Shown here in pieces: positions 21,167 through 30,536 of a stretch of 64,000 nucleotides of DNA (positions within the stretch are counted from its first letter, which is position 1; the number at the start of each line of letters is the position of its first letter). The notes under the pieces were generated by a model that worked only from the letters and a program-made list of their open reading frames with translations, had not been told where the DNA came from and searched no databases. A program made the translations under genes and the position numbers. Where the stretch lies: assembly GCA_963422205.2 (NCBI GenBank), contig CAXMWX010000007.1, positions 149,508-213,507 on the forward strand, written 5' to 3'. Source of the stretch: Gammaproteobacteria bacterium (GTDB taxonomy: Bacteria > Pseudomonadota > Gammaproteobacteria > Eutrophobiales > Eutrophobiaceae).

Positions 21167-21760
21167 ATGAGCGATGATCTCATCATGGACTTGGCTTTGC
21201 GGGTGGCCAAGTTGGAGCGGCAGGTGAATGATACCCTCATCACAGGTGTGGTGAGTGAAGTGCAGCATCGGCCCTATCGGGTGCGGGTGGATTATGGCAC
21301 GGCAGATGTGCCACAGACGACCGCCCTGCTGCCAGTTATCGTACCCCGTGCGGCCAGTGCCATTGCTTGGTGGCCACTGGAGGTGGGCGAAGCGGTGCTG
21401 GTTATCTCACCGGGTGGCAACACCCGCCAGGGCCGGGTACTGCCGGCGAACTATACCGAGACGCACCCGCAACCTGACGATGAGCCGGAGCAACTCATGA
21501 TGGCGTTCGGCCAGGGTAACCAACTGACATTAAATCGCACCACGGGCACGCTGCATCTCACCTTGAGCGGTGAGCTGGAGATTGATGCACCACAAAAAGT
21601 GCGGGTCAACAGCGCTACCCTGGAATGCTCGGGCGATATTCTCGATCAATTTGACAACAACAATCACCACATGCGGGCGATGCGAGATACCTATGATGGT
21701 CACACGCATACCGGTGATAATGGCGGCACCACCTCGGCGCCCCAGCAGGCGATGGGTTAG
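21167..21760 (+). CDS. Baseplate spike protein (P2 gpV-like)
   Basis: WWPLEVGEAVLVISPGG motif and C-terminal HTH (His-x-His) metal motif. Confidence 0.88.
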   Translation: MSDDLIMDLALRVAKLERQVNDTLITGVVSEVQHRPYRVRVDYGTADVPQTTALLPVIVPRAASAIAWWPLEVGEAVLVISPGGNTRQGRVLPANYTETHPQPDDEPEQLMMAFGQGNQLTLNRTTGTLHLTLSGELEIDAPQKVRVNSATLECSGDILDQFDNNNHHMRAMRDTYDGHTHTGDNGGTTSAPQQAMG

Positions 21761-21764
21761 AACG

Positions 21765-22127
21765 ATGCGCACGATTAGCCCGTCAGCCATGCACAAAGAG
21801 ACCGGTCAAGCAATCGGTGGCCTTGACTTTCTGCGCCAGCGCTTTCTTGACGCGGTCAATACCGAGCGTGGCAGCTTAGTGGGGGCGCGCGACTAAGGCA
21901 TGCGCCTGGATGACTTGATTGACCGCAACATGGATAACGACTTTGCCATGCGGGTCTTTGCTCGTCTGGCGATGGGAATCCTGCACGAGCCCAATGGATT
22001 GTTTGACTTAGAGATCACGCAATTTGCCTTGACGCCGGATAAGAGCCACACCGCGACAGTAACTGTTCATGCCCTCTGGCAAGGGCAGGACATCCGCCTG
22101 CACACACCCGTGAGGACGGCAGCATGA
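21765..22127 (+). pseudogene. Baseplate wedge protein (P2 gpW/gp25-like) with in-frame TAA at 21894-21896
   Basis: T..GS.VGARD*G..L.DLID, where homologues read RDYG; both halves are in the same frame. Confidence 0.8.
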
Positions 22128-22152
22128 GCGCTTTTACCGCCGCCATTGACCT

Positions 22153-22203
22153 TATGTACAGGAAGTACGGTAGGCCGCGGGTGCAGGGACGCACAGGAGC
22201 GGC
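22153..22203 (+). repeat. Double-hairpin CAGG(G)A-loop element interrupting a duplicated gpJ 5' end
   Basis: TATGTACAGGAAGTACGGTAGGCCG..GTGCAGGGACGCAC..GCGGC; first half matches the 23247 element. Confidence 0.75.
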
Positions 22204-22215
22204 AAGGAGTTCAGC

Positions 22216-23079
22216 ATGAACAGTGTGCTGACTACGGCTATTGATTTAGCACAGTTACCAGAAGTTGAATACGTGCCGCAGCTCACTCATGATCAGATCA
22301 CTGTCGAGACCATCCAGTGGTTACGGGATGAGTATGATATGGAACTGGCCGGCCCGGAGGCGCCAGACTACCGCATCATCCGTGCCTGCAACTACCGCGA
22401 GATGCTGCTGCGCCAGCAGTACAACCGTGCCTGTCTGAACCTGACCTTGAAACATGCAACAGGTGAGTATCTCGATCATATCGGTATGACGTACCACCGC
22501 ACTGTCAGATTACCGGATGAGGGCGATGCGGCCTATCGCCAGCGCATTGCCTTAAGCCCGGAAGCGGTCAGTGTGGCCGGCCCCGATGGGGCTTATGTCT
22601 GGCATGTACTCAACGTTGACCCCTCGATACGCGGGGCCAAGGCGCATGAGTTGGCCGAGGGTCAGGTCGGGATTTATGTGCTGACCAACAGCGGTGAGTT
22701 AAGCGATGACTTGCAGGCACGGATTGAATCCGTGTTCAACGATCAATCCATTGGCCAGCCGCAGGCCGTGCGCCCGATTGCCATCCGGGTGTCCGTGCTG
22801 CCCTGCCAGATGCTGGACTATGCGATCAATGCCAGGCTTATCCTTGCGGGTGGGGTGGCCGCAGATGAGGTCAAGGCACACGCCTTGGCCGCCATCCAAG
22901 CCTATACCAATCAGCAGATGCAGATAGGTGGTCGGGTGGTGCGCTCTTTCCTTGACCATCATCTGCATGTTCCCGGTGTCATACAAGTCACCTTGACCGG
23001 CTGGCACAACATTGAAGCCACCTTGACCCAGGCGCCCCGTTGTACCGCCATACATATCACCACCGAGGTGGGTGCATGA
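22216..23079 (+). CDS. Baseplate J-like protein (P2 gpJ)
   Basis: IDLAQLP, YRE.LLRQ..N, A.G..LDHI, SVAGP.GAY and VRP motifs. Confidence 0.92.
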   Translation: MNSVLTTAIDLAQLPEVEYVPQLTHDQITVETIQWLRDEYDMELAGPEAPDYRIIRACNYREMLLRQQYNRACLNLTLKHATGEYLDHIGMTYHRTVRLPDEGDAAYRQRIALSPEAVSVAGPDGAYVWHVLNVDPSIRGAKAHELAEGQVGIYVLTNSGELSDDLQARIESVFNDQSIGQPQAVRPIAIRVSVLPCQMLDYAINARLILAGGVAADEVKAHALAAIQAYTNQQMQIGGRVVRSFLDHHLHVPGVIQVTLTGWHNIEATLTQAPRCTAIHITTEVGA

Positions 23080-23699
23080 GCAGTTTATTGCCCAGTCAGT
23101 ATGCCCTGCGAGAACGCGCCTTGGAAGCGGCCGCTGGTGAGCGGCTGAATGCGCTTGTCTCACCTGCCTTAACCCTGTGGGATGCCGATAACTGCCCGGC
23201 TGACCACCTGCCACAATTAGCCGCCGCCTTAAGTGTGGACTTCTGGTATGTACAGGACGTACGGTATGCCGGTTTTGCAGGAGCAAAAACCGGTGATGAC
23301 TGGCCGGAGGCAGTAAAGCGTCAGATGGTCAAGCAAGCACCGGAGTTGCATCGCTTGAAAGGCACCCCGGCAGGGCTGATCAAAGCACTGGCTATCCTGG
23401 GTTATGGTCACAGTTACTTGCGCGAGTTTGTGGCCTGGAAACACGATGGCACGTTTACCCGCAACGGCGCAATTGCCTACGGCCAGACCCTTACCTGGTA
23501 TCAGTTTGATGTCTATCTGCAAGCCGGTGCTATCCCCGATGCCAATACACTGAACACGCTGCGCCGTTACATTCAGGCATTTAAGCCCACCCATGCGCGC
23601 TTAAGGCGCATCTACTATGCCTCTTGTAAACACAACGGGCAGCACCAGCGCGATGGTCAGATTAACTACGATGGAGGCTTAAGCTATGGCGGACATTAA
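23076..23699 (+). CDS. Phage tail protein I (P2 gpI) carrying a 16-aa in-frame insertion
   Basis: SLLP, LWD...CP...LP.LA.ALSVD.W, WPE..KR and H..KGT motifs. Confidence 0.9.
   Translation: MSSLLPSQYALRERALEAAAGERLNALVSPALTLWDADNCPADHLPQLAAALSVDFWYVQDVRYAGFAGAKTGDDWPEAVKRQMVKQAPELHRLKGTPAGLIKALAILGYGHSYLREFVAWKHDGTFTRNGAIAYGQTLTWYQFDVYLQAGAIPDANTLNTLRRYIQAFKPTHARLRRIYYASCKHNGQHQRDGQINYDGGLSYGGH
23247..23294 (+). repeat. 48-bp double-hairpin element inserted in frame in gpI
   Basis: TATGTACAGGACGTACGGTATGCCGGTTTTGCAGGAGCAAAAACCGGT; removal restores SVDFW-DDWPE. Confidence 0.9.
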
Positions 23700-24756
23700 C
23701 GAGCAATCACAGTGGGAGGATACTGTCTACCAACTGGAGACCACCGACCCGGTCGTCGGCGGCCCGGACGGCATCAGTAACACCCAGGCCAAGCAACTCG
23801 CCAACCGCACGGCCTGGCTGAAATCCCAGGTGGAGCAACTGCTATCTGAACTGAATGCTATCGGTATTGATGATGTTTCTGGTTTGCCAGCGGCCTTGAA
23901 TGGCAAGGCGGCCAGCGCTCATAACCACAATGCCAGTGAGATTACCCGTGGCACCTTGAGTCTGTCCCGGCTCTCTACCGCCAGCCGCTATACCGATGCC
24001 AGCCCCAGTAAGCTGGCCCTGGCCAGCGCTGTGCGCTCGCTCTATGACTGGGTGGTCAGCCAGCTCACCACCAAGGCCGAGGCCGATGCGCTGACCCGGC
24101 ATCTGGGTAATGCCCATGCCCACGGGGAGTATGCGCCGCTTAGCACCTATAACCGCAGCCAGCAGGCGCAGGATGGGCGCCTGACCACCCTGGAGGGTAC
24201 GACCGAGAAACGCCATGTGCAGACCATCACCATCGCCGGCTCGACCAATTACCTGTATCCGGTGTTCTGGCAGTTTCCCGATAATCGCTTCGGCGTAGGC
24301 AAACTGGAGATCAGCCGCCATTACGGCTGGAACCAGGGCGTGCTTCCCAACGACTACGACCAGCCCTATCGGGTGGCGTCCCTGCTTTTGCAACTAGAGG
24401 GCAATGATGCGCCCTGGGGCGGTGATGCTGAGTATATGAAGGTCTTGAAATACTTCCGTCAATACCACAAAACCGCCTCGCACCTGCGCTATATGGGCTA
24501 TGCCAGGCGAGAGAAAATCAATGCCACCGGGGTAGCGCTGTACGGCGCTGCCAATACCAACTACACCCACAGCGGGATTTATCTGCGGGGTGGCGGGCTG
24601 CGCTACCGCTTCTCATCGAACTGGCCGCTGAACCTGATACGCCTGGCCGATGAGAACAGTGCCACCGCCAGAGCGGTACTGACTGAGCAATACAACACCC
24701 GCTGGTATGTGCAGCGCATACCGTTCACCGCCCTGGAAGAGCCGACCGAGGATTAG
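23686..24756 (+). CDS. Tail fibre protein
   Basis: W...VYQLETTDPV.GGPDG.SN.QAKQLANRT.WLK N-terminus; position after gpI. Confidence 0.85.
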   Translation: MADINEQSQWEDTVYQLETTDPVVGGPDGISNTQAKQLANRTAWLKSQVEQLLSELNAIGIDDVSGLPAALNGKAASAHNHNASEITRGTLSLSRLSTASRYTDASPSKLALASAVRSLYDWVVSQLTTKAEADALTRHLGNAHAHGEYAPLSTYNRSQQAQDGRLTTLEGTTEKRHVQTITIAGSTNYLYPVFWQFPDNRFGVGKLEISRHYGWNQGVLPNDYDQPYRVASLLLQLEGNDAPWGGDAEYMKVLKYFRQYHKTASHLRYMGYARREKINATGVALYGAANTNYTHSGIYLRGGGLRYRFSSNWPLNLIRLADENSATARAVLTEQYNTRWYVQRIPFTALEEPTED

Positions 24757-24759
24757 ACC

Positions 24760-25179
24760 ATGACTGAGGAGATCACACTGACCCACGATGAGGCGGTGGC
24801 CCTGGCCGAAGCCGAGGTCGCCCACATCCATAAAAAACGCCTGCGGGCAGACATCAAAGCTGAAGCCGGCGATCCCTTGTCCTTGCTCGGCACCACGGCC
24901 GATGCCACACAGCTACTGCTGTATCACGTTGCGATGTTGGTCAGCCACCTGCACACTGCCACCACGCTGGCCGAAGTCAGGGAGGCCGCCGCCCCCTTTG
25001 CTACCCTCGCCAGTCCCTTTCTCGCCAGGGTTGAATCCGGCGAGGTCAGACTGCCCTATCAGACCAAAGGACTGGAAGTGGTGATGGGCGATATTGAACG
25101 CAGGGCGAGCGCCGTGGCCGAGGCACTCGCCAACCACACACCCACAACCCCATCTGATACCACAGGAGAGTCATTATGA
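24760..25179 (+). CDS. Hypothetical phage protein (tail-fibre associated)
   Basis: ORF with RBS between the fibre and sheath genes. Confidence 0.6.
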   Translation: MTEEITLTHDEAVALAEAEVAHIHKKRLRADIKAEAGDPLSLLGTTADATQLLLYHVAMLVSHLHTATTLAEVREAAAPFATLASPFLARVESGEVRLPYQTKGLEVVMGDIERRASAVAEALANHTPTTPSDTTGESL

Positions 25180-26354
25180 CGATGCGAAACAAACTCCACG
25201 GTGTTGAGCACCGCTACTTACCCCTGGACAAACCCATTGAGGTGGTGGCCGCTTCCACCATTGCCTTGACCGCCACGGCGGACGATGCCGATGCTGACCA
25301 CTTCCCCTTAAACACACCCGTCTTGGTCAGTCAGCCCGATGACATCGCCCAGGCCGGCACCCGTGGCACCTTGGCGAATGCCCTTAACGACATCTATGCC
25401 CAGCAGCCCACCTTAGTCATCGTGGTGCGGGTAGCCGAGGCCGATACCGAGACTGGTACCACCGCCGAGCAGCAGGGCGCACAGGTGGCTCATCTCATCG
25501 GCACGGTGGATAACGAGACCAACACCTTCACCGGCATGCAGGCGATTCTGAACGCTGAGGCTACCCTCGGCATGATTCCTCGGCTGTTTATCTGTCCGGG
25601 CTTCAGTCAGATAGAAGCGGTGGGGACAGCATTGGAAGCCCTTGCCAAAAAGCTCCGGGGGATGGCCATCATTGATGGGCAATCCGATGGCTTATCCGCC
25701 GCTATACAGGATAAGAACCGCTACGATGAGGTGCTGTTTGTCGATAACGGGATTCGGCTGTTTGATACTGATAGCCAGGCTTATATCACCCGTGAGGCCT
25801 CCGCCTCGGTGGCCGGGCATATCGTGCGGATTGATTATGCGCATGGCTACTGGCACAGCCCCTCCAACCATCGGCTCTACGGCATCACCGGGCCGGGTGT
25901 TTCGGTGGACTACACCCGCGGCTCCAAGACCTGTCTGGCCAATGTCTTGTCTGCCAATGACATCGGTACCGTGATAAATAAGGAAGGCGGGCCGGTGTTC
26001 TGGGGCAATCGGCTGGCGAACGGGATGCTCATCCCGCACCAGCGACTGCGCTATCTGGTGGGGGATTCCATCATGGCGGCCCATGAGGAGTACGTGGACA
26101 GAAACTTAACCACCAGCTACTACGAGTTTATGATTGACCGGGTCAACCGCTTTATCCGCCGGCTAACACTCGCTGGCAAGATTGCTGGCGGGGAATGCTG
26201 GCTGAATGCGGAGCTGAACAAAGCCGCCGCTGAGGCCAACACGGCCTACTTTGATTATAAGCTGGGCTTCTTTAATGTCGCTGAGACGCTTGTTTTCAGG
26301 CAGCACGTCACCGCCGAGTACAACAACCAGATTATTGACCGCATTGCAACCTGA
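25176..26354 (+). CDS. Contractile tail sheath protein (P2 FI-like)
   Basis: HGVE, ADDADA..FPLNTPVL, TGMQA, PR....PG, GYWHSPSN and FWGNR motifs. Confidence 0.93.
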   Translation: MTMRNKLHGVEHRYLPLDKPIEVVAASTIALTATADDADADHFPLNTPVLVSQPDDIAQAGTRGTLANALNDIYAQQPTLVIVVRVAEADTETGTTAEQQGAQVAHLIGTVDNETNTFTGMQAILNAEATLGMIPRLFICPGFSQIEAVGTALEALAKKLRGMAIIDGQSDGLSAAIQDKNRYDEVLFVDNGIRLFDTDSQAYITREASASVAGHIVRIDYAHGYWHSPSNHRLYGITGPGVSVDYTRGSKTCLANVLSANDIGTVINKEGGPVFWGNRLANGMLIPHQRLRYLVGDSIMAAHEEYVDRNLTTSYYEFMIDRVNRFIRRLTLAGKIAGGECWLNAELNKAAAEANTAYFDYKLGFFNVAETLVFRQHVTAEYNNQIIDRIAT

Positions 26355-26446
26355 GGACAGATGGCGGGGGACAGAAGACAGATTGTAAGGAGCGGCTTCG
26401 CCGCACTTTATTGTCCGTCCTCCGTCTCCTGTCCTCAGTCCTCCGA
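26351..26446. repeat. Heptamer-repeat palindromic cassette H5 (sheath/tube junction)
   Basis: Four purine 7-mers, central GCGGC-TTC-GCCGC hairpin, four complementary units. Confidence 0.9.
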
Positions 26447-26461
26447 ATCAGGAGCACGACT

Positions 26462-26977
26462 ATGAGTATAAAAATCTTACAAGGCATGAACTGCTTTATT
26501 GACGGGCAGGAGTTTATCGGCGTGGCCACCAAGGCCGCTATCATCTACCCGCAACCGAAGATGAAGGATGTCGCCAGCCCAGGGCTGGCCGGGATGCGCA
26601 AGCTACAGACCGGCAAATGGGAGCTGGAGGACTTGAAAGTGACCTTGCAGGACTACCCGCCCGAGGTGATTGGCCTGGTGGGTCATCCTGAGAGCTCAGA
26701 GAAACCCGTGCAGTTGATTGGTGTGATGGGGCCGGAGGATCCCCGCACCGTGACCGTGACCATCACCGGCCCCTGGAACACCCTGGAAGGCGATGAGTGG
26801 GCGGATGACAGTGACAGTTCTTTAAGTTTCGGCATCTTCCCGGAAGTCTACACGCTGACCATCAATGGCAAAGAGGTCGTGTTCTACGACTGCCAGGCCA
26901 ATGAAGTCAGGCTAAATGGCAAATCCATGACGGCCGATCTCAACAAGCGCCTAAAGCGCACCACCGGATTGGTGTAA
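26462..26977 (+). CDS. Tail tube protein (P2 FII-like)
   Basis: L...N.FIDG..F.G start and Y.L.ING C-terminal pattern; GGAG RBS; follows sheath. Confidence 0.8.
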   Translation: MSIKILQGMNCFIDGQEFIGVATKAAIIYPQPKMKDVASPGLAGMRKLQTGKWELEDLKVTLQDYPPEVIGLVGHPESSEKPVQLIGVMGPEDPRTVTVTITGPWNTLEGDEWADDSDSSLSFGIFPEVYTLTINGKEVVFYDCQANEVRLNGKSMTADLNKRLKRTTGLV

Positions 26978-26995
26978 CCCAGAGGAGAGAACACA

Positions 26996-27232
26996 ATGGA
27001 GAAAATCACACTCGCCTATCCGATTGAGGATGAAGGCAAACAGATAAGCACACTTGAGTTGCGCCGGGCAAGGGTCGCCGATCTGGAAGTCATGGAGCGA
27101 GAGAGCGGTAACATGGCCAAGAGCATTGTCCTGCTCTCGCAACTGAGCGGTCTGTCCACTGATGCCATTCGCCAACTGGATGCGGCCGACTTTGATGCAG
27201 CCAGTGAGCAGGTGGCGGGTTTTTTAGCCTAA
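26996..27232 (+). CDS. Tail assembly chaperone (gpE/gp41-like)
   Basis: ITL.YPI, LRR..V.DL and LDAADF....V.GFL motifs. Confidence 0.88.
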   Translation: MEKITLAYPIEDEGKQISTLELRRARVADLEVMERESGNMAKSIVLLSQLSGLSTDAIRQLDAADFDAASEQVAGFLA

Positions 27233-27375
27233 GGGCGGAGAAGATGCGCCCCATGCTGGCCAATCTGGCGGTGGTGTTTCACTGGTCTCTTGAAGACATG
27301 AAGCAGATGCCACTGGAGGAGTTAATGGCCTACCACACGCTGGCGCTGGAGCGGGCGGTGCTTAGTCGAAAATAG
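27220..27375 (+). other. -1 programmed frameshift site T TTT TTA and gpE'-like extension
   Basis: Slippery heptamer at 27220-27226 in correct phase; -1 frame reads MLANLAVVFHWS......MPLEELM to a stop at 27375. Confidence 0.88.
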
Positions 27376-27619
27376 AACGAACTGTCTCAATCATTTCCAT
27401 CATCATGCCAATGACCCAAACAAAGCACAGCATCGCCAGGCCCGCTACCAGACCGCCCGCTAAGGCTGCACCCAGAAACGTGCCAACACTGGTGCCGTAT
27501 ACCGAGCACATAAACCAGCCACTTAAGATGGCTATGGCTATCACCGGGCTCAAGATGATGCAACAGAAACGCCACACTCCTCTGCGGTATGCTTGGCTAA
27601 GATCAGAGTCATTATCCAT
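27362..27619 (-). CDS. Small two-TM membrane protein (moron-like, antisense to the tail operon)
   Basis: 85-aa ORF with two hydrophobic helices filling the gap between gpE' and tape measure. Confidence 0.6.
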   Translation of the reverse strand: MDNDSDLSQAYRRGVWRFCCIILSPVIAIAILSGWFMCSVYGTSVGTFLGAALAGGLVAGLAMLCFVWVIGMMMEMIETVRSIFD

Positions 27620-27633
27620 AGGCCAAGTATAGC

Positions 27634-30033
27634 ATGACCCAGCTCAATGTCTCAGCCGAAGTCAATCTGGTGGATAAATTCAGTGCCTCGGCTGCGAAGA
27701 TTGCCGGGGTGTCTGAAAAACTGGCTGGACGTCTGCACGAGGGACAGAAAAAGCTGCGCGCCCTGGGGCGTAAAGGCCAAGCGATAGCGCACCTGAAAGC
27801 CCTCTCGGCACGCCTGGGTAAAACGGCTGCTGAGATGGATAGAGCGAAACAGCGCACAGCCCAGCTAGGCCGGGAGTTGGCCGCCACCACCAAGCCGACT
27901 AAACAACTGCAACGGCAGTTTGAGGCGGCCAGGAAACATGCTGACAACCTCAAACGTCAGCACCAGCAGCAACGCGATGAGCTGAAACGCCTGCGCGGTG
28001 AGTTGCGTGGTGCAGGCATAGATACCCGTAACTTAGGTGAGGCCCAGCGTAAGATTGCCAGTAATATGGCCGCCGCTACCCGCAAGATGGAAGGCATGGC
28101 CAAACAAGCCGATAAGGTGGCCGCTGCCCGGGCCAACTACGACCGCACCCTGCAACAAGCCGCCAACATCTCCCTGGTGGCCGGTGGCGTGCATCGCCTC
28201 GGCCAAGGGGCTTTGAGTATGGTAGCAGAGCCCATTGCCCAGATGCGTACCGTTGCGCGTTCCCGCGGCGAGCTGGCCTCGCTGGGCATGGATAAAAGCG
28301 GGGTGGATCAGATCGCCGCCCGTGGTCGGGAGCTGTCCACCCAACTGGCCGGGGTGACCACCGCCGCCTTTGTCTCAGCAGCGTATGACATCAAGAGCGG
28401 CATTGCCAGCTTAGATGATGCCGGGGTCGCCGATATGACGGCGATGGCGGCGCTGACCGCCAAGGCCACCAAGGCCGAGGTGGGGCAGATGACCAGTTTT
28501 TTTGCCACCAGTTATGGGTCGTTCAAGGACAGTCTGTATGAGACCATCAGTAACCGGGACTTCGGCAACATCCTCTCGGCCTCGCTGGCCAAGTCGGTGC
28601 AGCAGTTCAAGACCGATGGGGCGAAGATGCAGCAGGCCATTCAGTCGATGGGCTCAGGATTGGCTGAATCCGGCATCTCACTGGCCGAGCAGTTCACCGC
28701 CCTGGGTATGTTGCAGCAAAAGATGGAAGCCGGTGTGGCTGGCACCACCATGAAGGCGCTGGAGCGCTCGGCTGCCCAGGCACAAGCCCGCTTTGAGAAG
28801 ATGGGCATGTCGATTGAAACCCTGGATGAGAACGGCAACCTGCGCAGCCTGCCGGCGTTGATAGCAGAGATGCAGGCTGCTTTTGGTAAGGACTACACAT
28901 CCGAGACGGGTGCCATCATTCAGGAGGCCTTCGGCACGGCTGAGGCGGTGGAGTTTTTCAAGGCCTTGTGGGGGCAGCAGGATGCCTTCCGGGAGAACAC
29001 CCAGGCACTGGCAGAGGCACAGCAACAGGGCACGGCCTTTACCCAGACGATGGCATCGGCAATGGATGCCAATATGGATGCCCGGTTGCATATCCTTGAG
29101 CAGCGCTTTGCCGTCATCAAAGAACGGCTGGGCAGCGCACTCATCCCCGCCCTGGAGAGACTGATGCCGTGGCTTGAGAAAGCTGCCGGATGGATCAGCC
29201 GCCTGGTCGATAACAACAGCCGCTTGACCAGGTTTTTCATGGCGGCGGTGGCGGGTGTGGGTTTGATTGCCACGGTCATCGCCCCGGTGATTACCGCCGT
29301 TGCCGCCTTGACCACAACGCTGGCTTATCTCGGCTATGCCGCCAGAAAATCCGCTGCCGAGACTGCCCTGGCCTCGGCTGTGATGGGTGGTGGCAAGGGC
29401 AGGGGCTTACGCGGCATGGCGGGCAAGGCTGGCGGGATGCTCAAAGGCAAACTGGGGCTGGTGGGCGCAGGCATCGGTACCCTGGCCATTGGCACGACCT
29501 TGATGGATGATACATTGAGCGGCGGGGAGAAAGCCGCCCAGATCAGCCGCGAGGCGGGCGGCATCGGCGGGGCGCTGGCCGGGGCAGCAGCGGGTGCGGC
29601 CTTAGGCTCCATTGTACCGGTGGTGGGTACTGCTATTGGTGGCATTGCGGGCGGCATCATCGGTGGTATGTCCGGCAACGCGCTGGCCGATGGCCTGGTC
29701 GGGTTATTCTCCTCGGATGATGGGGCAAAACGCACACCGGACACATCTGCTACCACACTCGCCTCTGCTGCCCTGATGGGCACAGCACTGGCTGCGGCCC
29801 CCGTAGCTGCCCAGTCGGACGAGGCAGCACTACCCGCATCCCTGCCTGTTATCACCGCAGCACAAGCACCGCCCAGCACACAACACACCGATAACAGCAC
29901 CCACAGCTACCACATCACCGTCACCCCCAGCCCCGGCATGGATGAGCAGCGTCTGACTGAGCTGGTGGTCGAGAAACTCAAGGCAGCCAACCAGGCCACC
30001 GCCCGCCGTGCCCGTGCCCGCCAGCATGACTGA
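27634..30033 (+). CDS. Tail tape measure protein
   Basis: 799-aa Ala/Gly-rich helical protein after the chaperone; AAYDIKSGI and T.KATK core. Confidence 0.93.
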   Translation: MTQLNVSAEVNLVDKFSASAAKIAGVSEKLAGRLHEGQKKLRALGRKGQAIAHLKALSARLGKTAAEMDRAKQRTAQLGRELAATTKPTKQLQRQFEAARKHADNLKRQHQQQRDELKRLRGELRGAGIDTRNLGEAQRKIASNMAAATRKMEGMAKQADKVAAARANYDRTLQQAANISLVAGGVHRLGQGALSMVAEPIAQMRTVARSRGELASLGMDKSGVDQIAARGRELSTQLAGVTTAAFVSAAYDIKSGIASLDDAGVADMTAMAALTAKATKAEVGQMTSFFATSYGSFKDSLYETISNRDFGNILSASLAKSVQQFKTDGAKMQQAIQSMGSGLAESGISLAEQFTALGMLQQKMEAGVAGTTMKALERSAAQAQARFEKMGMSIETLDENGNLRSLPALIAEMQAAFGKDYTSETGAIIQEAFGTAEAVEFFKALWGQQDAFRENTQALAEAQQQGTAFTQTMASAMDANMDARLHILEQRFAVIKERLGSALIPALERLMPWLEKAAGWISRLVDNNSRLTRFFMAAVAGVGLIATVIAPVITAVAALTTTLAYLGYAARKSAAETALASAVMGGGKGRGLRGMAGKAGGMLKGKLGLVGAGIGTLAIGTTLMDDTLSGGEKAAQISREAGGIGGALAGAAAGAALGSIVPVVGTAIGGIAGGIIGGMSGNALADGLVGLFSSDDGAKRTPDTSATTLASAALMGTALAAAPVAAQSDEAALPASLPVITAAQAPPSTQHTDNSTHSYHITVTPSPGMDEQRLTELVVEKLKAANQATARRARARQHD

Positions 30034-30034
30034 T

Positions 30035-30134
30035 CGGAGGACAGATGACGGAGAATGGAGGACAGAAAATAAAGTATGCCGCAGAGCGGCATCCTCTACA
30101 GTCTGTCCTCGGTCTTCTGTCGTCTGATTTCTGA
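30035..30134. repeat. Heptamer-repeat palindromic cassette H6 (tape measure/gpU junction)
   Basis: Central ATGCCGC-AGA-GCGGCAT hairpin; arms abut the upstream TGA and downstream ATG. Confidence 0.92.
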
Positions 30135-30536
30135 ATGCCGACCCAACTGATGCTCGGCGAGTTCCCCTTCAGCCTCGCTACCACGGAGTATGACCGGCTG
30201 AACCGAACACTTAGCTGGCGCTGGCCATCCCAGACACGCCTGAACCGAAAGCCCGCCCTGCAATACCAGGGGCCTGAGATCATCACCTTGCAGTTAAACG
30301 GCACGATACACGTCAAAGCAGCCAGGGACTTAACGTTACCTGAGGCCATGCAGCGTGAGGCCGACAAGGGTGAACCGCTGGCGCTGCTGGTGGGTAATGG
30401 CGAACTGGCTGCCCGCTACGGCGGGCGCTGGGTGATGACCGAGCTAGCGTTCAATGACAGCGATCTGCTCGGTGATGGCACCCTGCTCACCATTGCCTTC
30501 AGCATGACCTTGAAACAATGGGGCGAAGACAGATGA
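30135..30536 (+). CDS. Phage tail protein (P2 gpU-like)
   Basis: LG.F.FSL.T, WRW....R....PALQY.GP....I.L.G motifs. Confidence 0.9.
   Translation: MPTQLMLGEFPFSLATTEYDRLNRTLSWRWPSQTRLNRKPALQYQGPEIITLQLNGTIHVKAARDLTLPEAMQREADKGEPLALLVGNGELAARYGGRWVMTELAFNDSDLLGDGTLLTIAFSMTLKQWGEDR

Noticed and set aside
21894-21896. Stop-codon reassignment or readthrough in gpW
   Set aside because: Single TAA at a Tyr position; other phage genes end normally at TAA, so a point mutation or base error is simpler
23686-25179. Diversity-generating retroelement or invertible tail-fibre cassette
   Set aside because: No reverse transcriptase, template/variable repeat pair, invertase or second fibre end seen
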